Assembly: GCF_964204645.1 (NCBI RefSeq)
Contig: NC_134032.1
Location: forward strand, 11,520,275 to 11,584,274
From: Tubulanus polymorphus
Taxonomy: Eukaryota; Animalia; Nemertea
Direction: 5' to 3'
Length of the DNA stretch: 64,000 nucleotides
This document shows, piece by piece, positions 27,243 to 40,701 of this stretch (its first letter is position 1; every line of letters starts with the position of its first letter). The translations under genes and the position numbers were made by a program. Under the pieces are notes generated by a model, which ran no database searches, was not told the origin of the DNA, and worked only from the letters and a program-made list of their open reading frames with translations.

Positions 27243-29294
27243 CTTTATTTCAAATGTAACATTTGTGAAATAAGCTAGTTGATAATGTTTGAAGAAATCT
27301 CTTAAAGACAAGGAAAATTTGGCAATGTTTTTAAATAACTCATTAAAAAAAACGACATACATGTTCGTCATTCATGTTAAACTTTTCAATTGTTCAGTTA
27401 CGTGTATTGCAACTTTTTCACTGTGGTGCTTTTCAGTGGTTCATAAAATACTATTTTTATTAAGGTCCTTATGGAAAATGGAGGAGCAAAATAGAGGAGC
27501 ATTCTCTTGATTAATGAGGATATATGAACAGTATTAATCAGTAAATTGTGCTAGCTATATATGGACTCTAAAACCATGGCTTAAATATGTCTATATGGGT
27601 CCTGAAATATCTGCACGAGAAGCACCTCAAAAAATTATTGAATCTAACTTAATTGTAGATATCTAAGCAATAAGTTATTACATGTAGTAATTGACCTAGC
27701 TGTGTTAAAATTGACAGTTGAACAATATTTATAAACTCGACTTATCTTGCTGAATGCATAGAAGAGAATGCCTCCAAAATACTTTGCATTAGGCCTAAAT
27801 GTAACATTTGAGAAAATAACCAATTTGATCACGTCTGAAAATCTCTTAAAGACAAGGCAAAGGTGGCAAAACTCTAGTTATCTTTTAAAATAATGTTATC
27901 GAAAATTAAACCAAAGACTGTTTAAAATCAAAAACGAAATGTTCATGTCAATTGTTCTTAAAACGCTGAATTAAGGTCGTATCGATTCTAGTTGAGCTTT
28001 TTCTTGATAATTAAATGTCATTTGAAAAGTTGACACGGTAGATTCATATTTCATGAAATATAACCAAGTGTCGGTTATATTGACCTCATGAATTGTCAAA
28101 TTCATAATCTTAGACTTTCAGACTAGTCCAATTTTCTGTGTTTTATGGATAAAAGTTTATAATTCTTTGTGTATTTTTGTTATTTTCCTATTGATGCAAA
28201 TTGTATAAAATCAGTAGTAGTGGAGATGTATTGTATATTAAAACTTCGGAATACTTTACATGTTACTTTTGTGGTATAGAGTTATTACAATTTCATTCAT
28301 AGTAATAGAAATAAAATTACTATTAAAATTTGAGAAAATAAGCTAAAAGTTAATAATATGATATGTGAAAATAAAATGATGTAAAAATGTAAATCAGATT
28401 GATTACTTAATCCTACGCTTTCCAGAGTATTTGGCCAGGTTTATCTCTGGTTTTAGTGCGGGGAGCCATGGACTCGAGATTCCATGGTTGTAGGCCATAG
28501 ACGTTTCTGTTTTAGAGTCTATGGTTGGACCATGGATGTATAAACTCTAGTTTATAGTTTATACATCCTTGGTTGGACTGTTTTTGAAATACAGTCCACG
28601 TGTTTGAGGAGCTTACGTTATAATTCCTCGAGCACAAACCTGGCATTTTGTATGATTGTTGTACACTGTATGAGAATAAATATGATTGAAATTCTTTATC
28701 TGTTTAGCTACTCTGTCTGAACTTTGTTAGTTCACCAGTCAGTGGTTTTTTGTTATCTTGCAATCCACCTCTTTTTTCAAACCAATATTCCCACCAACAT
28801 TGTGCGGAGACGAGGATGTCCGGAAAACATGATAATCGAATATTGGCAATACAGCTTACCACTTCAACCCGGGCACACTAACACTTGTTGACCGGTTAGA
28901 AGCGAGTGTTGAGCTGCCGAAGAGTTATTACGAAATTAGCAATCTTTTTGATTGTCACTAAAGCCATCAGGGGCGGATCCAGACCGTATTGCCCAATACA
29001 TTGTTCGTACGGTCTAAAATTTAAGTGCCCTTCGGCAATATTTTGTGACGGCATATATATTTCACCACCCGCTAATTTGATATTTCCACTGATGATCGGT
29101 TTGATTTTTATATACAGAAGCAGAGTCCTGAATAGTTAACTTTGCCTTTAAAAGTGGCACCCAGTATCCTTCTTTTGGTGTTAACATTACATGATTAATT
29201 ACATGAGATATGTGTTTCTCTTGTAATAATCATTGTTTTTATTTTCTTCATGCTTTCGGTAAATGTAGCCGATGACCTCCTGATCGCCTCTAAG

Positions 29295-30010
29295 GTTCGA
29301 ACCCAGTAATTACTGATACTGATTCAGAGTGGTCCTGATGCTGAATGGAGGATGTACATGGGTATCCCGGGTTCGAACCCAGTAATTACTGATACTGATT
29401 CAGAGTTGTCCTGATGCTGAATAAAGGATGTACAGGGTGTCCAGACCGTACAGTGCTGCCGCTATGCTCATCGTTAGCGGGATTTTCATACACTAACTAA
29501 AGTCAACTCTGGCATTCGACGTGCTGTCCAGTTATACTCCGTGACCTTAGCTTGCCAGAGTTGACTAACGTTAGTGTATAAAAATCCCGCTAACGATGAG
29601 CGTAGAGACAGCACCGTACGGTAAAATGTTGATATCTTAACAAAAGTAATTACTGATAACTGATTCAGGACACCCCTGTACATCCTCTATATATTCAGCA
29701 TCAGGACCACTCTGAATCAGCATCAGTAATTACTGGGTTCGAACCCGGGATACCCATGTACATCCTCCATTCAGCATCAGGACCACTCTGAATCAGTATC
29801 AGTAATTACTGGGTTTGAACCTGGGACACCCCTGTACATTCTCTATTCAGCATCAGGACCACTCTGAATCAGTATCAGCAATAATTACTGGGTTTGAACG
29901 AGTGGCCCTGATGCTTAATGGAGGATGTACCGGGGTGTCCCGGGTTCGAACCCAGTAATTACTGATGCTGATTCAGAGTGGTCCTGATGCTGAAATAGAG
30001 GATGTACACG
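29295..30010. repeat. Nested inverted/tandem repeat complex
   Basis: ~75-bp unit ggttcgaacccagtaattactgatactgattcagagtggtcctgatgctgaa in both orientations around an inner ~70-bp inverted repeat (29445-29622). Confidence 0.85.
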
Positions 30011-30608
30011 GGTGTCCTGATGGCGAATCCTTTCTAGTTTGACACCGTAACGTGGTACATGTATATCGTTCTCATATTCGAGAAGCATGAATTGGTCAGT
30101 GGTGGTCATTGATGGTCAATTTATGAATTCTCAATATTTATGGCGAATCCTTTCCGAGTTTGACACCATAACGCGGTATATAGTTTTCAAATTCAAGGAG
30201 TTTGAATTTGTCAGTGGTGGTCAGTGATGGTCAGTTTAGGAATTTGCAATGATTCTTCAGTAGTTTGAAAACAAACATGACTTGAAAAATTTCCGAAATT
30301 CGAAGTCAAGTGGTCAGACTCGGGGATATCTCAATTGGTCAGTTTCTGACCATCATGGTGTCACCATTGTGGTCTATAGCTCAAATGAAACATGTGGAAC
30401 CGACGAATGGGCCCAAAAGCGTAAGTCATTTCCTGAGTTATGTGATCCAAAAATGCCCTAACTGGGAAAGGCAGTCTCTCAATTGGACGAAACCAAATCG
30501 GACAGGACAAGGATTTGGATATTCTCGGAGCTACCCCTGATTGTCAATTCAATTCAATTCAGAGACTATTCCCGCTCTCGAGAACAGCTGTAGTAGAGTT
30601 ACAGATTT

Positions 30609-30678
30609 GGGCTGCCTCGTTCAAAGCCGTTTTCACGCTTATTTAAGCGTGCGAATTGATGAATTCGACTCGTAATTG
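30609..30678 (+). other. Putative non-coding 5' exon of gene A (5' boundary uncertain)
   Basis: Conserved with 41976-42046; ends at G|GTATGT donor. Confidence 0.55.
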
Positions 30679-31380
30679 GTATGTCAGTGTTTACGCTTGG
30701 AGGGAAACTCATTCAAACCGGTTGTCACTTGTAATTGTAAATTTAACGTTGTGTTTTATACCTACCTGATGCCTGATGATGGCTGCCAAATCTGAAATTT
30801 GTTTTCTACATGCCCTAATTGTGATTTTGTCTATAGACTATAGCTCATCAGATTGGTTCCGATATTGCGTGCTGCATTATTGCACAAACGTACTGGACAT
30901 TACATCTAGAACTAAGCTTACAATCCCTCCAGGCTCCAAACCCTCAAATTCAACTGCGGCGCTTGATCAGTTGATTGACCAACTTCCTCAGTTCCTCAAT
31001 AATGATCGTGAACACGTAAACTTCAATTAAATTCTCCCATCATGTCAAGTGATACCACATAGCCTTACCAGCTTACTGCTTTATTTTATACATTAGAAAT
31101 TATCATTAAAGGATTGAACAATATCACTACCCATGATTAATTCAGGAAATGATTGATTGTAAAGGGGTTTCGGGTTTCTAGCATTCTAGCATTATAATCT
31201 AGGTACCCGGTATAGGATGGTCTGAATACCAGATGATTGTTGGGAACAATGTCAAGGGACTAGGAATAACGCTAATAGTTAGGATTTTTGTGTACAAGGG
31301 GTTTAAGAACTTTTGAAAAGATCGAACTCAAAAATATTTTCAATTTTCAGAAGTTAGATTGATAGAGAAGTGACATTAAA

Positions 31381-31528
31381 ATGTTGCTGTTGGAAGGTGT
31401 CGAGGTACACGTACGCGAGGATGCATTTAAAAGTTGTCTGCGTCGACACATGGATTGGTTAGATGAATTAGTTATTGATGCTGATGATAATACCTGGTTT
31501 AGATGGATGTCACGACGTCAAACTAAAG
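31381..31528 (+). CDS. Gene A constant exon 2: 49-aa conserved N-terminus (exon begins at 31351)
   Basis: ttttcag acceptor at 31350, in-frame TAG upstream, aaaATG, AAAG|GTTTGT phase-1 donor; 45/49 aa identical to gene B. Confidence 0.8.
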
Positions 31529-31840
31529 GTTTGTCCTTAAAAATCCTACCACAAATTCAGGAAGCAGTTTGATTTGTTAAATCTTGATAAGGTCCCTATG
31601 AATATTTGATGGAAAATTCAGATATACTACGATATTACAACATCAGGTGGCTATTCTAATTTTGAGGGAGCCCTGTCTCATCAAATTGTTGTAAAGCTTA
31701 AAATTGGATAAATCTTATATTTACTAAAGAAAAGAAACCTAAAGTGATTAAACTCACTGAAGTGACATTCATAAAAGTAAAGAGTTAAAGTTGTCTAAAT
31801 TTTTGTAAGTTCCTGTAAATATATAACTTTTAATATTCAG

Positions 31841-32587
31841 ATCAAAGAAGAGGACAAATGAATCAAATGTCCGGAGATGGAGGTGTTATGTACATCGGGA
31901 CGAGTCAATCAAAAACCGGACAAAAAAGACGATTTGAAGTTCAAAGCAGAACCAGAACCATCGCTCAGAATGTTTTAAAAGCTGTGAAACGTCGGAGAGG
32001 AAGTGCAGCTGTACAGGGGGCGCTACCGCAGCAACGAGTTCAATCACAAACTATGACAGCTGTCGGGCAGCAACCGATCGGTCTGTTACCGGAAACCATC
32101 AATTCTAGACGTAGTTCCACTGCAGTTCTAGACTCGACTGGATGTGAAATTTTATCAAGCGTAGAAATTGAATCAACTTCAGAAAGTATTAAAAAAGCTG
32201 ACGATGAATCAGATGATTCTACGAATCTCAATGATTCAAATGTTGATGCAGCATCAATGAATCAAAATGAACCTAATGTTGAACAGTCAAGTGAAAGTGG
32301 ATTATCGACGACCCCGCCCCCGGCAGTCTCCAGCTGGGATAACACGTTAGAACAATTAGAATCGATTATAGGTTCATCTCCGTCGTTCGAACAATTAGAA
32401 CTGTTTAGCGGCGCCACCAATGGAGAAAAAGTGGATCTGAAATGCATTAAGAATGAATCGATAAAAATAGAACCGGTTGAAATATTGTCAGGAAGCGACG
32501 ACGATGAAGGTGATTCTTCTCAACCGATCGTACAACGACAACAACATGAACCACAACCGGGAACGAGTAGCAGTGTTAATCATACAG
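31841..32587 (+). CDS. Gene A constant exon 3: disordered linker ending at the common donor
   Basis: attcag|AT phase-1 acceptor; KRRR basic patch, IKNE/IKIEP, PQPGTS; CAG|GTAGGT phase-1 donor. Confidence 0.85.
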
Positions 32588-33505
32588 GTAGGTGTTAACA
32601 GCCATTTTATTTATTCGATTATCTATTCGTACAGGGTCGACTTTTTAAAAACCACATTTTGGGCATTCAAAAAATATTAGTCTTGATTCATTTGCCAAAT
32701 AGTCAGTTTGAAGGTTTTAGGTATTTTAAAAGTTATGGCCGCTGAAAAATGAATGGTTAAATTCCGTTTTGATTATATCCGATGATTAGTGGATTTTGCA
32801 AGTTGTTTTTGTGGATCTGTGGTTTTTTGAAGCTCGTCGCATGCTGTGTAAACAAGGTCTATGAAATTTCGATTTAAAGCTGTCATTAAGTAAAAGTTTG
32901 CGGAGCCGAAAGGAATGAATGACTCATCAGAATTATCGCAAATAGCAAATGTTTTCGAAAATTTTATCCTTCGACTCCCAATTTAGAATAAATTGATTCG
33001 GTAGTAGTTAAAACGAGGTTCGACTGTAACTTAGTAAAGCCCTGAACACACTAACGATTTTCGCTGCAAATTTATCGCACAGCACGGACTTGACACACTA
33101 TGCGATCAGCCATTAGCGACCTCATGCAAATCAACTAAATCAAATAATCTTTATTGATCACTTGATACAAAGCTCATCATTGATTGGTTCGATTTCGAGT
33201 CCTTCGTTTCCTTCCAATCGTTAACGTCACAAACGGATCTACACACAAGTTTTTTCTGCCCTGCAGATCATACCCAGCATACGTGGTGAAAAAAACCATT
33301 CAAACGGTTTCATCTTTAAGGAAAAAACAAACAGTACATTGGCATGAAATGGGCTCCAATGGATTCATGATTTTGACCATGAGACATCGGACTCCGTAGA
33401 TTGAATATAAAAAAGGATTTTTAGTCGCATGGGTCGACATGAGTCATAACGGTTGGCTGAATTGTGTAGATGTAGCTTAAACTGGATTCCCTCGACTCTT
33501 TGTAG

Positions 33506-34168
33506 GTGTCGGATATGACGAATACAACGTGCCGTGTGAATTATTGCCGTCCGTTGAACTGAAACGTCTGCCCGCTGGAAAGGTCGATGCCCAAGGTCGA
33601 TTTAAGATAGCGACGGGATATAAAAGGGGCTAACGTGGACCCTGATGGTACTAGTGGAGCCTCCTATGGCTCTAAGTCTGACTCGTTGATGACCGCAGAT
33701 CGTACACAACATGAGCGAACACACACCAGTGAAAAACCGTTTAAATGTGTGACGTGCGAGAAACGTTTTACGCAGAAATCAAGCAAGAAGGTCAAGGCTG
33801 TTGTTTGTAAGAAGTACAAATGTCGGTTTTGTGATAAATGGTTTCCTTCTACTACTAGTTGTGATTATCACGAGCGAATTCACACCGGCGAAAAACTGTT
33901 TAAATGTCCGACGTGCGAGCAACGTTTTACTCAGAAAGCGAACTGTGAACGGCACATGAAACTGATTCATACCGACGAACGACCGTTCAAATGTCAGTTT
34001 TGGGGTAAATGTGTTCCTTATCCTGCTATTCGTGAGTATCACGAGCGAATTCACGCCGGCAAAAAACCGTTTAAATGTCGGCTGTGCGGGCGACGATTTA
34101 CGCTGAAAGCACACTGTAAAAAAAACATGAATCGCTTGCACAACGGTGACCTCGATGCATTTGATTAA
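33506..34168 (+). pseudogene. Gene A cassette A1, frameshifted before the fingers (TAA 33631-33633)
   Basis: ctttgtag|GT phase 1; one extra nt relative to A3; downstream ZF ORF 33635-34168 has degenerate fingers. Confidence 0.7.
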
Positions 34169-34219
34169 ATTTCATGTTTTTTTGGAATGTATCATAATCG
34201 GAGTTAATTTTCCTGCAGA

Positions 34220-34383
34220 GGGATCATTCATTTATTACGTACGCATAAAATTTGAATTTTTCAACCCCCCTCCCCCTCTGTACGCAAAATGGCCATTTTT
34301 TCATATACAGTAAGCATTACTGTACGCAATTGCACTGACCCCTCCCCCCTCCCTTGATGCGTACGTAATAAATGAATGACCCC
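34220..34383. mobile_element. PIF/Harbinger-like MITE
   Basis: 26-bp TIR ggg(a/g)tcattcatttattacgtacgca, 3-bp TSD AGA; empty site ctgcagatcat in paralogous sequence at ~33261. Confidence 0.85.
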
Positions 34384-35166
34384 AGATCATTCATTCCCCG
34401 ACACGAGCACCGGTGAGAAACAATTCAAATGGTTCTGAGAAAAGCGAACTGTAGGCCTACATGAAACGGGTTCAAATGGATTAGTGACTTTTATATAGTA
34501 GATTGAATATGGAAAATCAGTTTAATTTTTCTTTTTTGTAAAATGAAGTTAGGAGCTATGTAAAACTTCTGAAGAGGGTTTTTTTTTGTTTCGAAGGTAA
34601 TTGTGTTGACTGTTTAAGTTGGTACTAAATGCAATGTTTGAAAGTAATATTATAGATCTGACGAGTAAAAACACCATTCTCTGTGTTTGTCTATGACGGT
34701 TGGTACCGAAGAAAAATTATCTTTTGTCGGAAGTGTGAGCAATGTTTTAATCAATCAGAAAGGAAAAGGTTATTGCATGTGAAACACCATAATAACTTGT
34801 TTATCTTTAAACTGAAATATAGAAACCCAAGACAAAATGGCGAACATTTTATTCAATTAGGTATCGTACGTTTGCTTATAATTTGTTCGTTGACACGAAT
34901 ATAAGCGAGTAGGCTATTCAATTCAGTTGCAATTCTGAACTAGCAAGTATGACGATACCAATGACAGGGTTCGTAGTGGGTCTTCTAAGTCGGTATTTAA
35001 GAAAAAAATCATAGCCAGTATTTTTTTTTATTTCTAGAAAAAAAGTCCGTATATGTTTGTATATTTTTGACATTTTGTGGATGGAGATATTCTGACTTGT
35101 GCAATTACGGCCAATCTAATACTGCGTCGCTAGTACATTTGTATAAACGCGCGTCAGCAGTCAGCC

Positions 35167-35872
35167 GGGGTAATCCTAAACACCGACCAAAACCGTCCAA
35201 TACCACCTAAAACCGTCCAATACCGACCAAAACCGCCTGATACCGACCAAAAGCCGTCCAATACCGACCAAAAGCTGCCAAACACCGACCAAAATCCTCC
35301 CAACCGAAGATTTTCATTCCCAAAGCCGAATAAATATCAAGAATTAAAACTCGAATCGAATTTTGAAATTTTTATTGACAGCCGATCAAAATACAATCTA
35401 CAAAATACACAATTAGACTTTATACATTAAGCACATTTGATTTTAGTCTTCTAGCGTCAGTCGATCGTTCTGCATGGGTGTTCCTAGACGGCTCTCAACG
35501 GTCCTCAACCTGCTGAAATGACATAAAATGAAACCGAGTTATTTAAGGGTTGTCAAATAATAAACACAGCATTGAATAAACCTTGAACGGTTTAACAAAG
35601 TTGTACCTATTCAAAATTGAACTGTGGTCGCTCAGTGATCGAAGTGACACGCATAGCTTTGTTTTGAGAATTATCTGTGCGATTAGTTCAAAATTCTTTT
35701 GGTCGGTATCAGACGATGTCGGGTATCATTTTACTCGTCTTAGTTTTGGTCGGTATCATATTCTACTTTTGGTGGTTGTTACAATTTTGGTCGGTACTAA
35801 TTTTACTTTTGGTCGGTGTTGGACGGCTTTTGGTCGGTATTGGACGGTTTCAGGCGGTATTGGACGGTTTTG
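35167..35872. mobile_element. MITE with subterminal tandem repeats, right end truncated
   Basis: (accgaccaaaaccgtccaat)-like repeats at left and their reverse complement at right; abuts cassette A2 directly. Confidence 0.7.
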
Positions 35873-36712
35873 GAAAGGTTGATGCTCAAGGTCGATTGAA
35901 AATAGCTACTGGAATGCAAAGGGGTTAACATCAAACCTGGTAGTACTATTTGCGCCACCTATGGATATAAGTCTACACAGTTGACTGCAGATTGTACACA
36001 ACACAAGCGAAAACACACCAATGAAAAACTGTTTGAATGTCTGACATGTGAGAAATGTTTCATGGTGAAGTCAAGCTTTGACCGGCATATGAAACAGGTT
36101 CATGACGTTTGCCCGAATAGCCATGTCTCTTCTGAGAAGGTCAAGGCTGGTGATATTAAAAAGTACAAATGTCAGTTTTGTGATAAAAGGTTCAGTTTTT
36201 CTGCAACTTGTAAACGTCACGAGCGAATTCACACCGGCGAAAAACCGTTTAAATGTCCGATTTGCAAGCTGCATTTTAATCAGGAATCAAACAGTAAACG
36301 GCATATAAAACGGGCCCATTATGTTGGCCCTAACAGCCATTCGTCATCCGAGGCTGGTGATATGAAGCCGTACAAATGTCAGTTTTGCAATAAAGGGTTT
36401 TATTACTATAACGATCGTGTAGGACACGAGCGAATTCACACCGGTGAAAAACCGTTTAAATGTCCGGTGTGTGAGAAATGTTTCACACAGAAATCGTACC
36501 GTAAACAGCACATGAAACTGGTTCATTTAGATAAACGTTTAGGTGTCAGTTTTGCGATAAACGGTTGAAAACTCTCTTCTGTCCGAAGAAACACGAGCGA
36601 ATTCACACAGGTGAAAAACCCTTTAAATGTGCGATATGCAATAAACGGATGAATACTCTTTACCATTGTAAACAACACGAGCGATTACACACCGGCCAAA
36701 AACCGTTTAAAA
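35872..36712 (+). pseudogene. Gene A cassette A2, acceptor lost, frameshifted
   Basis: Starts mid-exon at GKVDAQGRL; stop at 35928; ZF ORFs 35981-36568 and 36565 onward are broken copies of A3. Confidence 0.75.
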
Positions 36713-37580
36713 GCAGTGAATTTCTAGATTTTATGATTGTCGAAGCGGATCATCATCATCAGGAATTCATTTTTCAGTGAAAGTTTTTGTTCACCCTGCA
36801 GATGCCCCAACATGCGCGAATAAACGCCGGTGAAAAACTATTCAAAAAGGGTTTGATTGTGATGAAACTATAAACAAAAAGTACATGAAATGGGTTCAAA
36901 TGGATTCTTGATTTCGACAGGAAGACATTCGACTTTTATGTACATGTAGTAGATTGAATGCCAAGATGCGGTTTGAGTTATGAGGTTTTTTTTCATAAAA
37001 CGAAGTTAGGAGCTATGTGCTACTTCAAAAGAGGTTTTTTCTTGTCAAAGTTGATTGAGTTGGTGCTAGCCAAAATACAATTTTTGAGGGTGATATTGTA
37101 GATTTGACGGGTGAAACACTATGGTTTTCTTTCTTCAAAGTTTGAGAGTAATTTTGATGTTTCAGTTTTGGACTCGTAAAGTGGCTCCAAAGTATCTCTT
37201 AAAAGAAATGCTTTTCTATATGAAGTTTAGCAAAATGACCGGGCCTTTTGTTCAGAAGCTGCAATCTGTTCATATGTTACTTGAGCGCATAAAAGATGTA
37301 AGATTTATTCAAAAAGTAAGATTGAAAACCAGGAATTTCTTTGTGTTTGTCTTCGGCAGTTAATACAAAAGAAAAAATATTTATTTTTCGATGTGTTAGA
37401 AAGATAGAAACTGTTAATTGCACATGACACACATTCGTATCTTTGAACAGAGTTTGATCTTGAAGCCAAGTCTTCAATCTTTGATACCCTCAGCTTTTTA
37501 ACCAGTTGTTCAATTCTCACTGGATTTAGAGGCTGAATTGTGTAGATGTAGCTTAAATTTGATTCTTGCAACTTTTGTAG

Positions 37581-38590
37581 GTGTCGGATTCGACGTGCCG
37601 TGTCAACTACTGCCATCTGTTGAACTGAGTCGTCTGCCCGCTGGAAAGGTCGATGCTCAAGGTCGATTGAAAAAAGCTACTGGATGTAAAGGGATTGACT
37701 TGGACCCTGGCAGTACTAGCGACGCCACCTATGGATCTAAGTCTAAACAGTTGGCTGATGGATGCACACAAAACAAGCAAAAACACACAAATGAAAAACT
37801 GTTTAAATGTCAGACTTGCGAGAAATGTTTCATGGTGAAATCTTGCTATGACCGGCATATGAAACAGGTTCATGACGTTTGCCCGAATAGCCATGTCTCC
37901 TCTGGGAAGGTCAAGGCTGGTGATAGTAAAAAGTACAAATGTCAGTTTTGCGATAAAAGGTTTAATTCTCCTGCAGTTGTTAAACAACACGAGCGAATTC
38001 ACACCGGCGAAAAACCGTTTGAATGTACGATGTGCGAGCAACGTTTTACTCAGAAATCAAACCATAAACGGCATGTAATGCGGGCCCACCATGTTGGCCT
38101 GAACAGCCATTTGTCATCCGGAAAGAACGGGGCTGGTGATATTAAGCCGTATAAATGTCAGTTTTGCAAGAAAGGGTTTTATTCTACTAATGATCGTGAT
38201 CGTCATGAGCGAATTCACACCGGTGAGAGACCGTTTAAATGTCCGACATGCGAGCAACGTTTCAAACAGAAATCACACATTAAACAGCACATGAAACAGG
38301 TTCATTCCGATGAACGACCGTTTAAATGTCAGTTTTGCGATAAACGCGCTAAAAACTCCTACAATTTGAAGCAACACGAGCGATTACACACCGGCGATAA
38401 ACCGTTTAAATGTCCGACGTGCGATAAACGGACGAATACTCTCTCCCATTTGAAGCTACACGAGCGACAGCACACAGGCGAAAAACCATTTGCATGTTCT
38501 ATGTGCAACCTACGTTTTGCACAGAAATCCAACCACGCAGCACATGTGAAACGCATGCATAACGCCGACCCAAACGCAATGAATTTCTAG
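37581..38590 (+). CDS. Gene A cassette A3, intact, 8 C2H2 fingers
   Basis: cttttgtag|GT phase 1, in frame with ORF 37538-38590. Confidence 0.88.
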
Positions 38591-40324
38591 ATTTGATGTT
38601 ATTTGAAGCGGATCATCATCAGAAATTAATTTTTCAGGGAAGGTTTTACTCACCCGGCAGATTGCTTAATACAAGCGAATATACGCCGGTGAAAGACAAT
38701 TCAAAACGGTTCTGATTGTGAGGAAACTATAAACAAACAGTACATGAAACGGGTTCAAATTGATGCTTGATATCGACATCATCAAGGAAGACATCTGACT
38801 TCTATGCAGTAGATTGAATGTTAAAATGCAGTCTTAGTTATGAGGTTTTTTCATAAAATGAAGTTAGGAGCTATGCACTACTTCAGAGGAGGTTTTTTCT
38901 TGTCAAAGTTGAGTTGATGCTAGCCTAATACAATGTTTGAGGGTAGGCCTAATATAGATTTGATGGGTAAAAACACTTTGGGTTTCTGTCTTCATAGTTA
39001 GAGAGTTATTTTAATATTTCAGTTTTGGACTCGAAAATATAGTTAAGTGGCTCGAAAGGTATTTCTAAAAAAATGCTTTGAGTGAAAAGTTGAGTGAAAA
39101 TGACTGGGCGTTTTGTTCAGAAGCTGCAATCTGTTCATAATGTTACTTGAGTGAGGATAAGATGTAAGATTTCAAAGTTTGAGAGTAATTTTGCTATTTC
39201 AGTTTTGGACTCGTAAAGTGGCTTGAAAGTGTTTTCTAAGAATAAAAATTGTTTTTCTATAAAGTTGAGCAAAAGTGACTGGGTGTTTTTTCAGAAGCTA
39301 CAATGTGTTTTTATGTTACTTGAGCGAGTATCGAAAAGGTACTTTATTGGATTTCGCGGAAGGAATTACAACTTATGGTTGCAGGGCCAATACCCCGGTA
39401 TGTAACTTTCCCTAGATTTTACAGTGAACAAATGCCAGTAAAATTTATCGTAGTTTACCATTTGTCTTCAGCAGTCTCAAACGAAGATTCCAAATTGTTT
39501 TGTTCGTATCTCTGTTGTAAAAAGTTTTTGTGCCTTATACTGGGGTACACAAATCTATCGGCTGATAACCTGTATCATTTGTTCTTTTGTCCCGATTATT
39601 TCTGATAGTGGAGATGCCTAACTTAATCAATATTTATGAGTCAATGGTAGGGTCTGAATGACCATCTTAAATTATCTGATTATCAGGTTCCAAAAAGTCT
39701 GGCATACAAGCGGTGTGGATTCTGTTTTGAATGGTGAACAGTGAGTTTTTTACTTAAGATTCTCTGCTGAAACTAATCAGTTGTCCTAGGTGGCAGTGTT
39801 TTTGTAATTTTAGTTATGTATTAATTGTATTTAGTTATGTATTATAAGAATAGATGAATTCACACATGATTCTCAACCCGAATTGTTTTGTGGTATTCCG
39901 AATTGTTTTGTGGTGTATTTACTAAGTACATGTAGTAGGTTTTCCAGCCAAAATCTGGATAGTGACAGATTTCCTTTCTGCGGTTCTTCTTTGACCTCTC
40001 TTAGCCTGGCAATTGATTTTTTCGAACCCTGACAGTGAAATAATTTCTTTGTAAAGTTTCATGAGTAGTGTTAAAATCTGGACTCATGTTGCAGGTTCCC
40101 TACTTGTGATGCTGTCTCAAATTTATCTATGGTAGCTATTTTAGCCTAGGCTCAAATTCATGGGCTCAAGAGTTCTCCACCCCAACAATTGATAATTTGA
40201 ATCTTGACAGGATTTTCTCAGAATGTCCAGACTGTAGTTCTAAAATTTTGGTTCTCATGTTGAAGTTAAAAAAGTGCTGATGCGTCGTGAATTAAAAACT
40301 GGATTCTCTAATGACTCTTTGTAG

Positions 40325-40701
40325 GTGTCGGATACGACGACGTGCCGCCTGAACTGATGCCATCCGTTGAACTGAGTCGTCTGCCCTCCGGCAAGGTCGA
40401 TGGTCGAAGTCGATTTATGAAGCAACTGCCGATCGAAATACAACAGCATAAATGTCAGTTTTGCAGTAAAGGATTTTTTACCCAACGTGATCAGATGCAA
40501 CACGAGCGAATTCACACCGGCGAAAAACCGTTTAAATGTCCGATGTGCGAGTTGTGTTTCAATCAAAAAGGAAACTGTAATCGGCACATGAAACTGGTTC
40601 ATAACAATGAAAAACCGTTTAAATGTTCGACGTGTGAGCGATGTTTCAGTCGGAAACATGACTGTAAGCGGCACATGAAACAGGTTCATTCCGACGAATG
40701 A
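40325..40701 (+). CDS. Gene A cassette A4, 3 fingers, ended by a CGA>TGA-type stop
   Basis: ctttgtag|GT phase 1; decayed finger sequence continues to ~40870. Confidence 0.75.
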
